Position numbers and translations under genes: made by a program. A stretch of DNA of 64,000 nt from Oscillospiraceae bacterium (GTDB taxonomy: Bacteria > Bacillota > Clostridia > Oscillospirales > UBA929): the NCBI GenBank assembly GCA_031556185.1, contig JAVBTN010000002.1, forward strand, positions 76,796 through 140,795, in the 5' to 3' direction. How positions within the stretch are numbered: the stretch's first letter is position 1; each line of letters begins with the position of its first letter. Below, piece after piece: positions 30,600 to 43,100 of this stretch. Below the pieces are notes generated by a model. It was not told the origin of the DNA. It searched no databases and saw only the letters and a program-made list of their open reading frames with translations.

Positions 30600-31116
30600 T
30601 TCAATACATTTTGTGTTCTCTGGCTACAAAATCTTGTACCCCATTCCGTGCTAAAACGTTGCAATCCTCCTTCCATTGCGCAAAAATTTTATGGCGTCAT
30701 GGGGGCCGAGGCGCCCATGGATGCACCACATTCCCAGCAAAACCATTCCGTTTTCCAGGAAATCGCAAAAAAGAAAACCCAACAATCGAAAATGATCGTT
30801 GAATAGTGCTCGTTTTTTCTTAAAATTGTATGTAATGATCACTATCCTTGTAATAGAATTATATTACTTCTTTTTCCATTTGTCAACATATTTTTGGAAA
30901 TTCCCTGGTTTTAACCGGTAATTTTCACAAGATCTGTATCAATCCAACAGGCAATCCCCCTGCAAAACGGACGCAACCGAATATGCAGAGCGCCGCCACT
31001 TTGCGTTCGCTGCCCTGTGGCGGCCCTCGGGTAAGCGGCAAAAAAACGGGCACATTGACAATGCCGCAAGATCAGAAATAGAATAGCTCCGAGAACGGAT
31101 GAAAATATTGTCCTAG

Positions 31117-31160
31117 TAAAAAGCAGAGCCCCGGGTGTGTTATTCACCCGGGGCTCTGCT
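31117..31160 (-). terminator. Rho-independent terminator of mega-adhesin gene
   Basis: On the minus strand: GCAGAGCCCCGGGTG-loop-CACCCGGGGCTCTGC followed by TTTTT, 10 nt after the stop codon. Confidence 0.8.
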
Positions 31161-31170
31161 CATTTACGTA

Positions 31171-34100
31171 TTATTTGTCTTGATCCGCCTTTTTTCTGCG
31201 TTTTGCGAACAGCAGTCCCGTTCCAAACAGCAGCACGCCAGCCATGAGACCAAGGGATCCGAGGTCGGTGCCACCGGTTCTCGGCATGCCGTCCGGTCCA
31301 CTGTTTGTGGGGGGCGGTGTGGGCAGAACGACGTCCGTCGAGGGACGTGTGATGGGGGGCGGTGTCGGGGTCAGGGTCTCTTCGTCACCCGGCGTGGGAA
31401 TCGGGGTCTCTGTCGCCGGATCAACCTCTTCTTTGAGGTAATAGAAGGTAACAGTTCTCGTCGAAATCACGTTGACCAGCGTGTAGCTTGTCGGGCTCTG
31501 CGCCACATACCCGCTGATGGGTTTGGCGGTCACTGTGATCGTGCCTCCGTAAGGTACGGAAAATGTCTCATCCGGAAGCAGTTTGACGTTCGTCGTCGCG
31601 TCCACATAGCTCACGATCACGTTCTGCGGGTTGTTGATCGGGCCGACGTTTCCGGTGTAGTAGAAGGTGTGAATCTCTCCGCCCTGGGGATTGACGAAAG
31701 TGTAAGGCGACGGAGACACCAGCGTGTAATTGGTAATCGTGGGCGCATAAACTGTGTAGTTGACGCCTTTGGTCACTTTTGGTTTGTCAGCCGTTCTGAT
31801 TTCTGTGGTGGTGCCGCTGATGCAATAGCGAATCGTGAGTTCCACCTGAGTGCCGACATTGGCCTGGTACTCAAAGACGATCACTTTGGTCTGCCCCGCG
31901 TTGATTGTGCCGCTTACAGTGGCGGACGTGCTCTTCCACTGTTTGAAACTGTAGCCGGGGATGACGGTCTGGCTGTAGGGGCCATAGGAGCCGGCTGTGA
32001 TGTCGAACTCATCCATTGACAACAGGGCTCCGGTGTCGGCGTCTTCGTGCCTGACAACGATCAACGCTTTTTTGCCATCCACGGGGATGCCGCCGTCTTT
32101 TGTGTACAGGAACTTGACAGTTTTGACTTTGCCCGCTTCAACCGTCGCCTGTTTGTTGGCGGGGTCAGCCGAATCATAGAGCCAACCAGCGATGGTGCGC
32201 TCTTTGAACGTCAGGGTAACACCGGCGTTTGCGCTCACGTATTCGTTATAAAGGACATTTTTCTCGTTGCCCTTTTCCACGAAGAGGACGTGAACAGTGC
32301 CCATGTCTTTTCCGGGGGTCGTGCTATCCTGTGTGTACTTGAAGGTATATGCGCCGTCGGCCGTGACACCGGTAATCGTGTGCGTGGTGGGCGACTTGGG
32401 TGTGTAGCCGGCGAAGGGACGCGCGTGAATGGTGACATCGTAGCCGTCAACCACAGGAACAATCTCAGTGTCGATGAGTTTGTTGTTAGTATCGTCCCAA
32501 TAGGTTACGGTGATGTACCTGAACTTCAGGCCGTTGTTGATCTTGGTGGGGTCGCTGGCAAAGAGTGTTTTTTCATATCCCTTGGGAACGATCACTTCGT
32601 CGACAGTGTAGTTGTACGTGGCGCCAGTGCCGTCTTTCTCAGGGAGGTTCTCAAATTTGTACGCCCAGCCCTGCGCGGCGTTGGTCACTGTGGTTTTATA
32701 CTGCGTGCCGTTGCGGAAGAGGTTGATCGCCAGCGAAGTGGGTCGATAGCCCAGGGAGTCGGCGCCGTCATCCCAAACCTTCTGACCCTCGATGGAAATA
32801 ACGCCTTGGGCATGGGTGTTGGTGATCGTTTTCAGGTCGGCGCTGACAGCCGCCGTATAGCCGGTGGGAACAGTTTCTTCCTTCAGCGTGTAGACGTAGC
32901 TGTTGCCAGCGTTGTCCTTCTCCGGAAGATTCTCAAACTTGTATTTCCACTGTGCAGCTTTGGTAATCTCAACTGTGTCCACCTTGCTGCCGTTTCTGTA
33001 AAGCTCAATGTTGAGCTTATCGGGGCGAAGGCCTAAGGCGTCGTTTTGGTCAACCCAGACCTTTTCGCCTTCGATAGTGATGCTGTCTCTGACATACAGG
33101 AAGGTGACGGTCTTGGTGGCGCCAGCCGCAATGGCTCCGCTGGCCGGATCGCTGCCGGGCGCCAGTCCGTCAAAGGTATAGGCGGGGATATTTTTGCTGC
33201 CGACAGAGTAGCTGCCGATGAACTCGATCTCTTCTTCAGCCAGCACAGCCGAGGTGACCTTGTCGAGGTGTTTGACAATGACCAAGCCCTTGTCGATCAC
33301 AGGCGGGGCGCCGACATAGTCGAATGTCACGGTAACCAACTCGTACTGCTTCGCCTGGACAGTCTTGGGAGAGGTGTCGGCCGTATCAAACGTCCAGCCG
33401 GGGATATCGCGCTTTGTCACCTGAACATCCTTGCCGACTTCGGCCGTAATGTACTCAAGCAGCAATTGGTTGTTTGGATTGCTCTTGTCTCTGTGGATCA
33501 CCTGGATAGTACCCATGACAGGCAGAACAGGATCCTTCGTGTAGTAGAATACTGTTTTCGCGTCGACTGTCATGTTGGAGAATGCCCGGGGCGCCGTATC
33601 AACAGGTTTGTAGCCGACGATGGGACGGGCATGCACTGTGGTTCCCAAGCTATAGGGAACAACAACAACTTCAGAGCCCAGCAGTGTGTTTGTGCCCTCT
33701 TCCCTGAACTCAACCGTCAGGTAGACGAATCTCATGTCATAGAGGAAGACGACGGTGGTCACCTGACCGCGTGTTGTTGATATGGTACCCGCAACCGGCG
33801 CGGACGTAGCGTCATGCACGCCAGGCTGATAGCCCGGGAAGCTGACAGGTAGCATAGGTCCGTAGGTGATGTCGGGCAGCATGTCGTGGTACTCGGCATA
33901 GATCGCGTCATCGGGTTTGGATCGAACCAGTCTGTCAAAATGCAGGACTTCCAGCGTTGTATAGGTCATCCATTCGAGGTCGGGTTTGTCAACATCGGTC
34001 GGGGTGTACTTGAAAATTACCGTTTTGGTGGTGCCCCCAACGGCCGTCACTGTCTGTGTCGCGGCGCCGTCAACGTTCCAACCTTTGATGTTGTTTCTGG

Positions 34101-37100
34101 CAGTGGCTGTGAAGGTCTCGCCGTTGCGAACCGTGTAGTAGTCCACGCACAGCATTTCGCGGTCGTCATCCTTGTTGTAACATTTGACTTGGATAACGCA
34201 CATTTGTGCGGCGATTTTTTTGGCATATGCCTGCTGCGGGGAATCTGCGCTGGGGGAGATGCCGCCCAGCGCCCCCAGCGCCAGCGGTGCGAAACTCGCA
34301 CCGCCGGCAGCCAGGCTGCCATCAGAGACGCCACCGCCACCCGGTCCGGGGGCCGGGGCAAAGTCTCTGACATAGTAGAATGTGTGCTCCTCATCCTTGG
34401 TGACGTTGACAAACACCTTGGTGGGCGCCGAGATCAGGGTATAGCCCGGGAATACTCTGGAGAACAGGGTCACTGAGTCGCCGTAGAAGAGAGTTCTGTC
34501 CTCGTAGGGCGATCCAAAGTCAGGATCACCTTCACAGACGAAGTTAGTTCTCACGTGGACTCTGACTTTTCTGTTGATGATGTTGTAGCCGGAGATCGTC
34601 TTGGTGTAGGTGGGGGGCACTCTGGCCTCATCTACGCTGTAGACGTACTCATTGCCGGCAGTATCATACTTCGCCAGGTTGCTGAATGTATACTGCCAGT
34701 TCACGGCCTGGCTGATATCCTTGGAGTCTGCCAAAACATTGTTGCGATAGAGGTTGACGGTAATAGTGGCCGGGCGACTGGTGGTCACGCCGCCATCCTG
34801 CCAAATCTTTTCGCCCGCAACGGAAACCACGTCGGTCAGTGTATTTGTGATGTTGTAGCCTGAGACAGTGGCTGTGTAGCCGGCCGGCACGCCAATCTCT
34901 CTAACGGCATAGTTATAAGCGACTCCGTTGCCGTCGAGTCTGGAAAGGCCGGTGAAGCTGTACTGGTTGTTGCCGCTGGTATCCACATCGACCTGCGTGA
35001 AGTGAATGTTGTTGCGGGTCAGCTCAATGGTGACGCTGGCCGGGCGTGTGCCTTGCGCGTTGTTGTTGTCAACCCAGGTCTTAACGCCCGCAATGTTGAT
35101 AACATCAGTCAGCGTATTGGTGATGTTATTGCCGCTGACGGTCTTCGTGTAGCCGGCCGGAACAGCCGCTTCGTCCACGGTGTAGACAAAGTCGGTGCCG
35201 GTGGCGTCCATCTTGGCCAGGTTGCTGAAGGTGAAGGTACCGGCGCCCATGGCGCTGATGGACTTGGTCTGCACCACGGTGCCATTGCGCTTGAGCTGGA
35301 TGACCACCGAGGCGGGACGGCTGCTATTGAAGTTGTTGCCGTCGACCCAGATTTTCTGACCGCTGACAGAGGTCTTCTGACTCAGGGAGTTTGTGATGTT
35401 GTAGCCAAGGATCAACTTGGTGTAACCGGCGGGCACGGTAAGCTCATCCACAGTATAGACATATTCATCGCCATTGGGCGCATACTTCGGAAGGCCGTTA
35501 AACGCGTACGTCCAGTTTGCCGTGTTGACAGTGGCTGTCTTGTAGGCTGTGCCGTTGCGCAACAGCGTAATGACGAGGGAGGCCGGGCGAGTGCTTTCCG
35601 CGTTGTTGTTGTCAACCCACACCTTGGTGCCAGCCACGTTGACGAGATCGGTCAGTGTGTTGGTGACTTGCATGCCGCTGACGGTCTTCGTGTAGCCGGC
35701 CGGGACATTGGCTTCGTCGATCGTGTAGACATACTCGCGGCCCTTGCTGTCGTACTTGGGCAGGTTGGTGAACTTGACTTCCCAATTGCCCGCGGCGTTC
35801 GCCGTGGCATCCTGCACATAGACACCGTCCATGAACAGGTTGAGGGTAACACTGGCCGGGCGGGTTGTTCCGGAGTTGTTGTCATCCACCCAGATTTTCT
35901 TGCCGGAAATCTCGGCAATCTTGGTTCTCTCATAGCGGAAGATAATGGTCTTGGTCTCACCGGCTGCAATGGTGCCACTCTTGGCGGCGCTGCCGGTGCC
36001 CATATCCTTGTAGGTATACCACGGGATGGTGATCGGCTCATACGGGCCATAGGCGCCGGCCTTGACGTCGTACTCATCGGACGAGAGCAGTCTGCCGCTT
36101 TCGGCATCGATGTTTTTGACGATGATGAGCGCCTTGTCAGGAATGACAATCGGGCCGCCGTCCTGCTCGTAGCGGAAGGTCACGATCACAACCGAGTCTG
36201 CAATCGCCGTCGCGGTCTTGGGCGATGTGTCTGTCGTGTCGAACTTCCAGCCGGTGATGGTTCTGCTGGTAAAGCTCTGGGATGTACCGGCCTCAATGCT
36301 CACGTACTCGTTGAAGAGCACATTGGCGGCATTGGCTTTGTCGACATGGACGACGTGAATGGTGCCCATCTTGGTGCCCGGGCCATCCGTGTTCTTGATG
36401 TAGTGGAATGTCCACGTCGCGTCGCCGCTGATGTTGAAGAATGTGCGGCTGGTCGGCGTCAGCGCCGTGTATCCGGCGAAGGGGCGGGCGTGCACGGTGG
36501 GATTGGAACCGAAGAGCACCGGCACACTTTCCGTGTCAATCGCTACATTATTGGTATCGTCCCAATAGGTAACGGTGATGTGCTGATACTTCAGGGTGTT
36601 GGTGATGTTCATGCCGTTGACGGTCTTGTCATAGCCAACCGGCACATTGGGTTCATCCACCGTGTAGACGTACGGCGTTCCGTTGTCGTCAAACTTCGGC
36701 AGGTTCGGGAAGCTGTATTCCCAATTGCCGGCGGCGGTCACAACAGCGGAGTTAATGAGTTCGCCGTTTCTGAAGAGCTGAACAGTGACTTGCGCCGGAC
36801 GTGTGTTGTTGGCGTTGTCGTTGTCAACCCAGGTGATCTTGCCGGTCTGTGTGGGAAGCTTCTCTTTTTCGTAGCGGAAGATAATGGTCTTGGTCTCACC
36901 GGCCGCGATGGTGCCGCTCTTTGCGGCGCTGCCGGCAGCCATATCCTTGTAGATATACCACGGAATAGTGATCGGCTCATACGGACCATAGGCACCGGCG
37001 GCGATCTCGTACTCGTCGGAGGAGAGCACTCTGCCGTTGTCGGCATCAATGTTCTTGACGACGATGAGTGCCTTTTCAGGTATGACCGGTCCGCCGTCTC

Positions 37101-40100
37101 TCTCGTAGCGGAAGGTCAAGGACACAACTGTGTCGGCAATCGCCGTCGCGGTCTTGGGCGACGTGTCGGTCGTGTCGAACTTCCAGCCGGCAATGGTTCT
37201 GCTGGTGAAGGTCTGGGACGTGCCGGCTTCAATGCTCACATATTCGTTGTAGAGCACATTGGCCGCGTTGTCTTTGTCGACGTGGACGACGTGGATGGTG
37301 CCCATCTTGGTGCCCGGGCCATCCGTATCCTTCAAATAGTGGAAGGTATAGTTGACGTCACCGTTGATGTTGCTGAAGGTGTAGCTCGTCGGCGCCTTGG
37401 CAGTGTAGCCGGCGAAGGGACGGGCATACACGGTCTTGGTGGAACCGAAGAAAACGGTAATGCTCTCGGAGTCGATCTTCTTGTTGTTCGTGTCATCCCA
37501 GAAGGTGACATTGATATGCTGGTACTTCAGAGTGTTGGTGATGTTCATGCCGTTGATGGTCTTGTCATAGCCAACCGGCACGTTGGGCTCATCCACCGTA
37601 TAGACATACGGCACGCCGTTGTCGTCTAACTCCGGCAGGTCGGGGAAAGAATAGGTCCATCCGCCGGCAGCGTTGGTCACCGCAGAGGTGTACAGTGTGC
37701 CATTTTGATAGAGGTTAATGGTCACTTGCGCCGGACGCGTGTTGTATGCGTTGTTGTCGTCCACCCAGGTCAATGTCCCGGTTTGTGTCGGCAACGTCTT
37801 TTTGTCATACAGGAAGGTGATGGTCTTTGTCTCGTTGGCCGCGATGGTGCCGCTAACGGCTGCGCTGCCGGCCTTCAGTTCTTTGTAAACATAGCCCGGA
37901 ATGCTGGTAGGCGCATAGGGTCCGTAGTTGCCGGGCGCGACATCGTCCTCGTTTGTGAACAGGAGTCTGCCGGAAACGGCGTCCTCATGTCTGATCACAA
38001 TAAGGCCCTTTTCAGGGATGATCGGGCCGTCGTCTTTTTCGTAACGGAACGTCACGACAACAACGGTGTCGGCAATCGCGGTTGCGGTCTTGGGCGAGGT
38101 ATCGGTCGTGTCGAACTTCCAGCCGGCAATGGTTCTGCTGGCAAAGGTCTGAGATGTGCCAGCTTCAATGCTCGCATACTCGTTATAGAGCACATTGGCG
38201 GCATTGGCTTTATCGACGTGCTTGACATGGATGGTGCCCATCTTGGTGCCCGGGCCATCCGTATCCTTTGTGTAGTGGAACGTATAGGTGGCGTCGGCTG
38301 TCACATTGCTGAATGTGTAGGTGATCGGCGCTTTGGCCGTGTAGCCGGCGAAGGGACGCGCGTGCACTGTCTTGTTCGAGCCGTAGTAGGCAGTCACGCT
38401 CTCGGTGTCAATCTGGACATTGTTGGTATCGTCCCAGAAGACAACGTTGATATGCTGGAATTTCAATGTGTTGGTGATGTTCATGCCGCTGACTGTTTTG
38501 TTGTATCCGGTGGGGACAGTCGGCTCGTCAACCGTGTAGACGTATTCGTGTCCGTCATCGGCGAACTGCGGCAGGTTGGGGAAGCTGTATTTCCAGTCCA
38601 GCGCTGCCGTTGTCGTCACAGAGGACTGATAAACGCCGTCTCTGTAGATCGCAATGACAACGGAGGGCGGGCGGGTGTTGTACGCGTTGTTGTCGTCGAC
38701 CCAAGTCAATTGGCCTTCCTTGGTGGGCAGTGTTTTCGTGTCGTAGAGGAAGGTAATGGTCTTGGTGCCGCCGGCCGCCACTGTGCCGCTCACCGGATCG
38801 CTGCCGGCTTTGAGGGCCTTGTATGTGTAGTACGGGATGACGGTCGGGTTGTACGGGCCATAAGTGCCCGCGGTGATTTCGTACTCGTCGGAAGACAGCA
38901 GTCTGCCACTGGTGGCGTCCTCACACCTGATGACGATCAGCGCCTTGTCTTTGTCGATCACAGGGCCAGTGCCTTTGGTGTAGCGGAAGATCACCTGTTT
39001 GGTGGTCTGCGCCACGACGACCGCGGTCTTGGGCGAAGTATCAGTGGTATCAAAGGTCCATCCGGCAATGGCGCGGCTCGCAAAGGTCAGGATTGACCCC
39101 GCCTCGGCGTTCACATATTCATTGTACAGGATGTCTTTGGCGTTGTCTTTGTTCACGTGGATCACATGGATGGTGCCCATTTCGGTGCCCGGGATAATCG
39201 TGTCCTTCGTGTAATGGAAGGTATACGTGGCATCCGCGGTCACGGTGGGGAAGGTATACGTTGTCGGGCTCTTCGGCGTGAATCCGGCGAAGGGGCGGGC
39301 GTGCACGGTCGGAGTAGAGCCGTAGGCTACAGGCACAGACTCAACCTCAATGGCCACGTTATCGGTGTCATTCCAATAGGTAATCGTCAGATAACGCATG
39401 CCGATCGAATAGTTGAAGATAATGGTCTTGGTCTCGCCGGCCGCGATGGTGCCGCTGACGGGCGCGCTGGCGGCGTCGAGTCCCACGTAGACATAGCCGG
39501 GGATGCTGGTCTGGCTGTAGGGGCCATAGGCGCCGGCCGTTACATCATACTCGTCAGAGGTCAGCAGTCTGCCACTGTTGGCATCGACATGCTTGACGAC
39601 GATGAGCGCTTTGTCTTTGTCAATCACGGGGCCGCTGTCTTTGGTGTAGCGGAAAGTGACAACAACGACTTGGCCCGCGATGGCCGTGGCGCTCTTCGGG
39701 GAGGTGTCGGTGGTGTCAAATGTCCACCCGGCGATTGTGCGGCTCGAGAAGCTCTGAGACTTGCCGGCCTCAAGGCTGACAAACTCATTGTAAAGGACAT
39801 CTTTGGCATTGGCTTTGTTCACATGGACAATATGAATGGTGCCCATCAGTGTGCCCGGGCCATCGCTGTCCTTGGTATAGTTAAAGGTGTAGGTGGTGTC
39901 CGCGGTCACGTTGGCAAAGGTTCTGGTGGTAGGCGCCACCGGCGTGAACCCTGCGAAGGGACGCGCGTGCAGCGTCGGGCTCGAACCATAGGCAACGGGC
40001 ACGATTTCCGTATCAATGACCACGTTATTGGTAGTGTCGAAATAGGTGACGGTGATGTACTGTGTCTTGAGTGTATTGGTGATGACATTGCCCACGATGG

Positions 40101-43100
40101 TCTTGTCGTAGCCGGTCGGCACAGTCGCCTCGTCAACGGTGTAGTTGATCGGGCTGCCATCGGTGCTGCTGAACCTGGGCTGGTTGGCAAAGTCGAAATC
40201 CCAAACGTCGCCGGTACCGCTCACGACTTTGGAGGTGACCATCGTACCGTTGGCAAGCAACTGCACGGTGATATTGGTCGGACGGCCAGTCTTATACTCG
40301 CTGTCCTTCCATGCCTTTTTGCCCGTGATGGTAATTTTTTCATCCATTTTCTCATGACGGTTGAGAACGACCCAGTCGTAATCGCTGCCGTTTTTGGTGA
40401 TGCTGATCAACGTATAATTGGTCGGCACCGTCTTTTCAAGGATGGTGTACGTGATCAGATTGGCGTCTGTGGTGTTGTATTTGGGCAGGTTGACAAAAGA
40501 AACCTTCCAGTTGTTGGCGGCACTGGCTGTCATATTCTGATCCACAGAACCCACCACATCGGAGTGCAGTGACAACACAACACTGGTCGCGCGCTGGTTA
40601 AACGCGTTGCCGCCGTCGTCCCAGCTCTTTGTGGCTGTAACTGTTACTTTTTCGGAGAAGATCGCCAATTTGTTGCTGATGGTGTAGTTGTTACCGGCGT
40701 TGCCGGCGCTGACTTTTTCATAGCCAGAGGGCACGGCGGTTTCATCCACAGTATACACATAGGGCAGACCTGTCACCGTGTTGATTCTGGGCAGGTTCGG
40801 GAAGGTAAACTCCCAATTGCCCGCACCATTGGTGGTAATGGGGCCGCCCGGCATGGCCACGCCATCCTGGTAAACGACCACTTGAACGCTTGCGGGACGG
40901 GTGTTTTTGGCGTTGTTGGCGTCGTCCCACGCGACTCTGCCGTTGATGGTCACTCTGTCGCCAAAGGCGCTCAGTCTGTTCGTAATGTTGTAATTGTTGG
41001 CGGCATTGCCCACGCTAACCTTCGTGTAGTCGGTCGGCACGGTCGCCTCGTCCACGGTATAGACGTACTTGTCACCCGTGGTTCTGTTGTACTCATAGAC
41101 CTGGGAGAACGTGAAGCCCCAAGCGCCGTCGGTCGCCTGTGTGAGACCGCTGTCGGTGCCGTCTCTGAAAAGTTTAATGGTCAGACTGTTCGGTCTTGTA
41201 TTGCTGGCGTTGTTGGCATCATCCCACACTTTCCTACCGCTGATGTCAATCTTGCTTTCAAAAATAGTAAGAATATTGGAGATGGTGTAGCTGTTGGATT
41301 CGTTACCGGTGCTGACTTTTGTGTAGCCGGTCGGCACCGTGGCTTCGTCAACCGTGTAAACATATTTGTTACCGGTGAGCTTGTTGTAAACCAGCAAGTC
41401 ATTAAACGCAAAGTTCCAGCTGGCATTGGTTGTTGTTGTCGTCTGAAGCAGTCCGTCGCGATAGAGGTTGATGGTCAGCGTGGCCGGACGGCTGCCTTTA
41501 ACGTTGTTGGCGTCATCCCATGTCTTTTTACCGTTGAGGTTGAAGGTCTGGTTAAAGGCCGTGGGAATATTGGTAATGGTATAGTTGTTGGCTTCGTTGC
41601 CGGCGCTCACTTTTGTGTAACCGGTCGGCACGGCGGCCTCATCGATGGTGTAGACATATTTGTTGGCGGTTGCCGGGTTGTACTCCGGCAGATTTGAGAA
41701 GAACACGTTCCAGCTCGTATCCGGCGCCTTGCTGTCAACGACAGTGCCGTCCCGGAGCAGGTTGATGGTCATACTCGCAGACAGAGGACGAATGCCCAGC
41801 TTGTCGTTGGCATCATCCCACGCCTTCTTGCCGCTAACACCAATCGTGTTGTCAAAGATGGAGAGCTTGTTATTAATGGTGTAGCTGTTGGCCTCGTTGC
41901 CGACACTGACCTTTGTGTAGCCGGTCGGTACGGTGGCTTCGTCAACCGTGTAGACATATTTGCTACCGGTGCCCTGGTTGAATTCATCCAGATCGTCAAA
42001 AGCGACTTGCCATGTGGGCGCCGTAGCCGGTTTGGACGTCAGGAGAACGCCGTTTCTGAAGAGGTTGATGGTGACGGACGCCGGACGGGTGTTCTTGGCG
42101 TTGTTGGCGTCGTTCCATGTCTTTTTGGCGGTAACGGTAAACTTGCCGCCGTATGTGTTGGTGATGGTATAGCCGGTGATGGTCTTCACATAGTCGGCTG
42201 GCACGGACGCTTCGTCAACAGTATAGGTATACTCATTGCCCCTGCTGTCGAACTTGGGCAGATTGGCGTACGAGAAGGTCCACTCATTGCCGGTACCATT
42301 GATCGTCTTGCTCTGTCCGGCCACCACTGTGCCGTTTCTGAGCAGATTAATGGTGATGGACCCGGGGCGGGCCCCTTTGGCATTGTTGGCGTCAACCCAT
42401 ACTTTTTTACCGTTGATGATGTCCGCTTTAATTTGCGAATACGCAAACTTGACAGTCCTGGTTTGGCCGGCCGAGATGGCGCCGCTGATCGGATCGCTGC
42501 CGGGCGCCAAACCGGTGTAGGTGTACCACGGGATGCTCTTGGGCGCGACAGCATAGGATCCGGGTGTTGTAAAGGAGGTCAACACGACTTCATACTCATC
42601 TTGAGCCAAGATCGCATAGCCGTTGTCGGCATCCAGATGTTGGACGATCACGCGACCCTTGGGAATCACGGGCACGCCGCCGTCCTTAATATAATAGAAG
42701 ACAATGTGCACAATATTTTCGGCCACGACCAATATTGACTTGGTGCCGGGATCGCCCGCATCCGGGAGCCATCCGCCAATGGTGCGACGGCTGGCCGAGT
42801 AAGTGGTGCCGCCCTCGATGCTGACGAACTCATTGTATAGCACTTCGTTTGGGTTATCTTTGTTCACACCGTAAATGTGGACAGTTCCCATCTTGGTGCC
42901 GGGGCCATCATTGTCTTTCGTGTAGTGGAAAGTGTACGTCTGATTCGCCGTGATATCATTAAAGGTATAGCTGGTCGGAGCCTTCGCGGTGTAACCGGCA
43001 AAAGGCCTCGCATTGATGGTGTATGAGTCCGCGTACGGCACCGTGATGTACTCAGAGTCAATTAACACATTGTTGGTGTCGTCCCAGTACTTCACTTCAA

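Noticed and set aside
35659-39405. Possibility that the regular repeats (936 bp here; 36/18 bp at 61329..61436) are CRISPR-like arrays
   Set aside because: The repeats are contiguous with no unique spacers, are in-frame coding sequence, and are far from CRISPR repeat size and structure. No cas genes are present.
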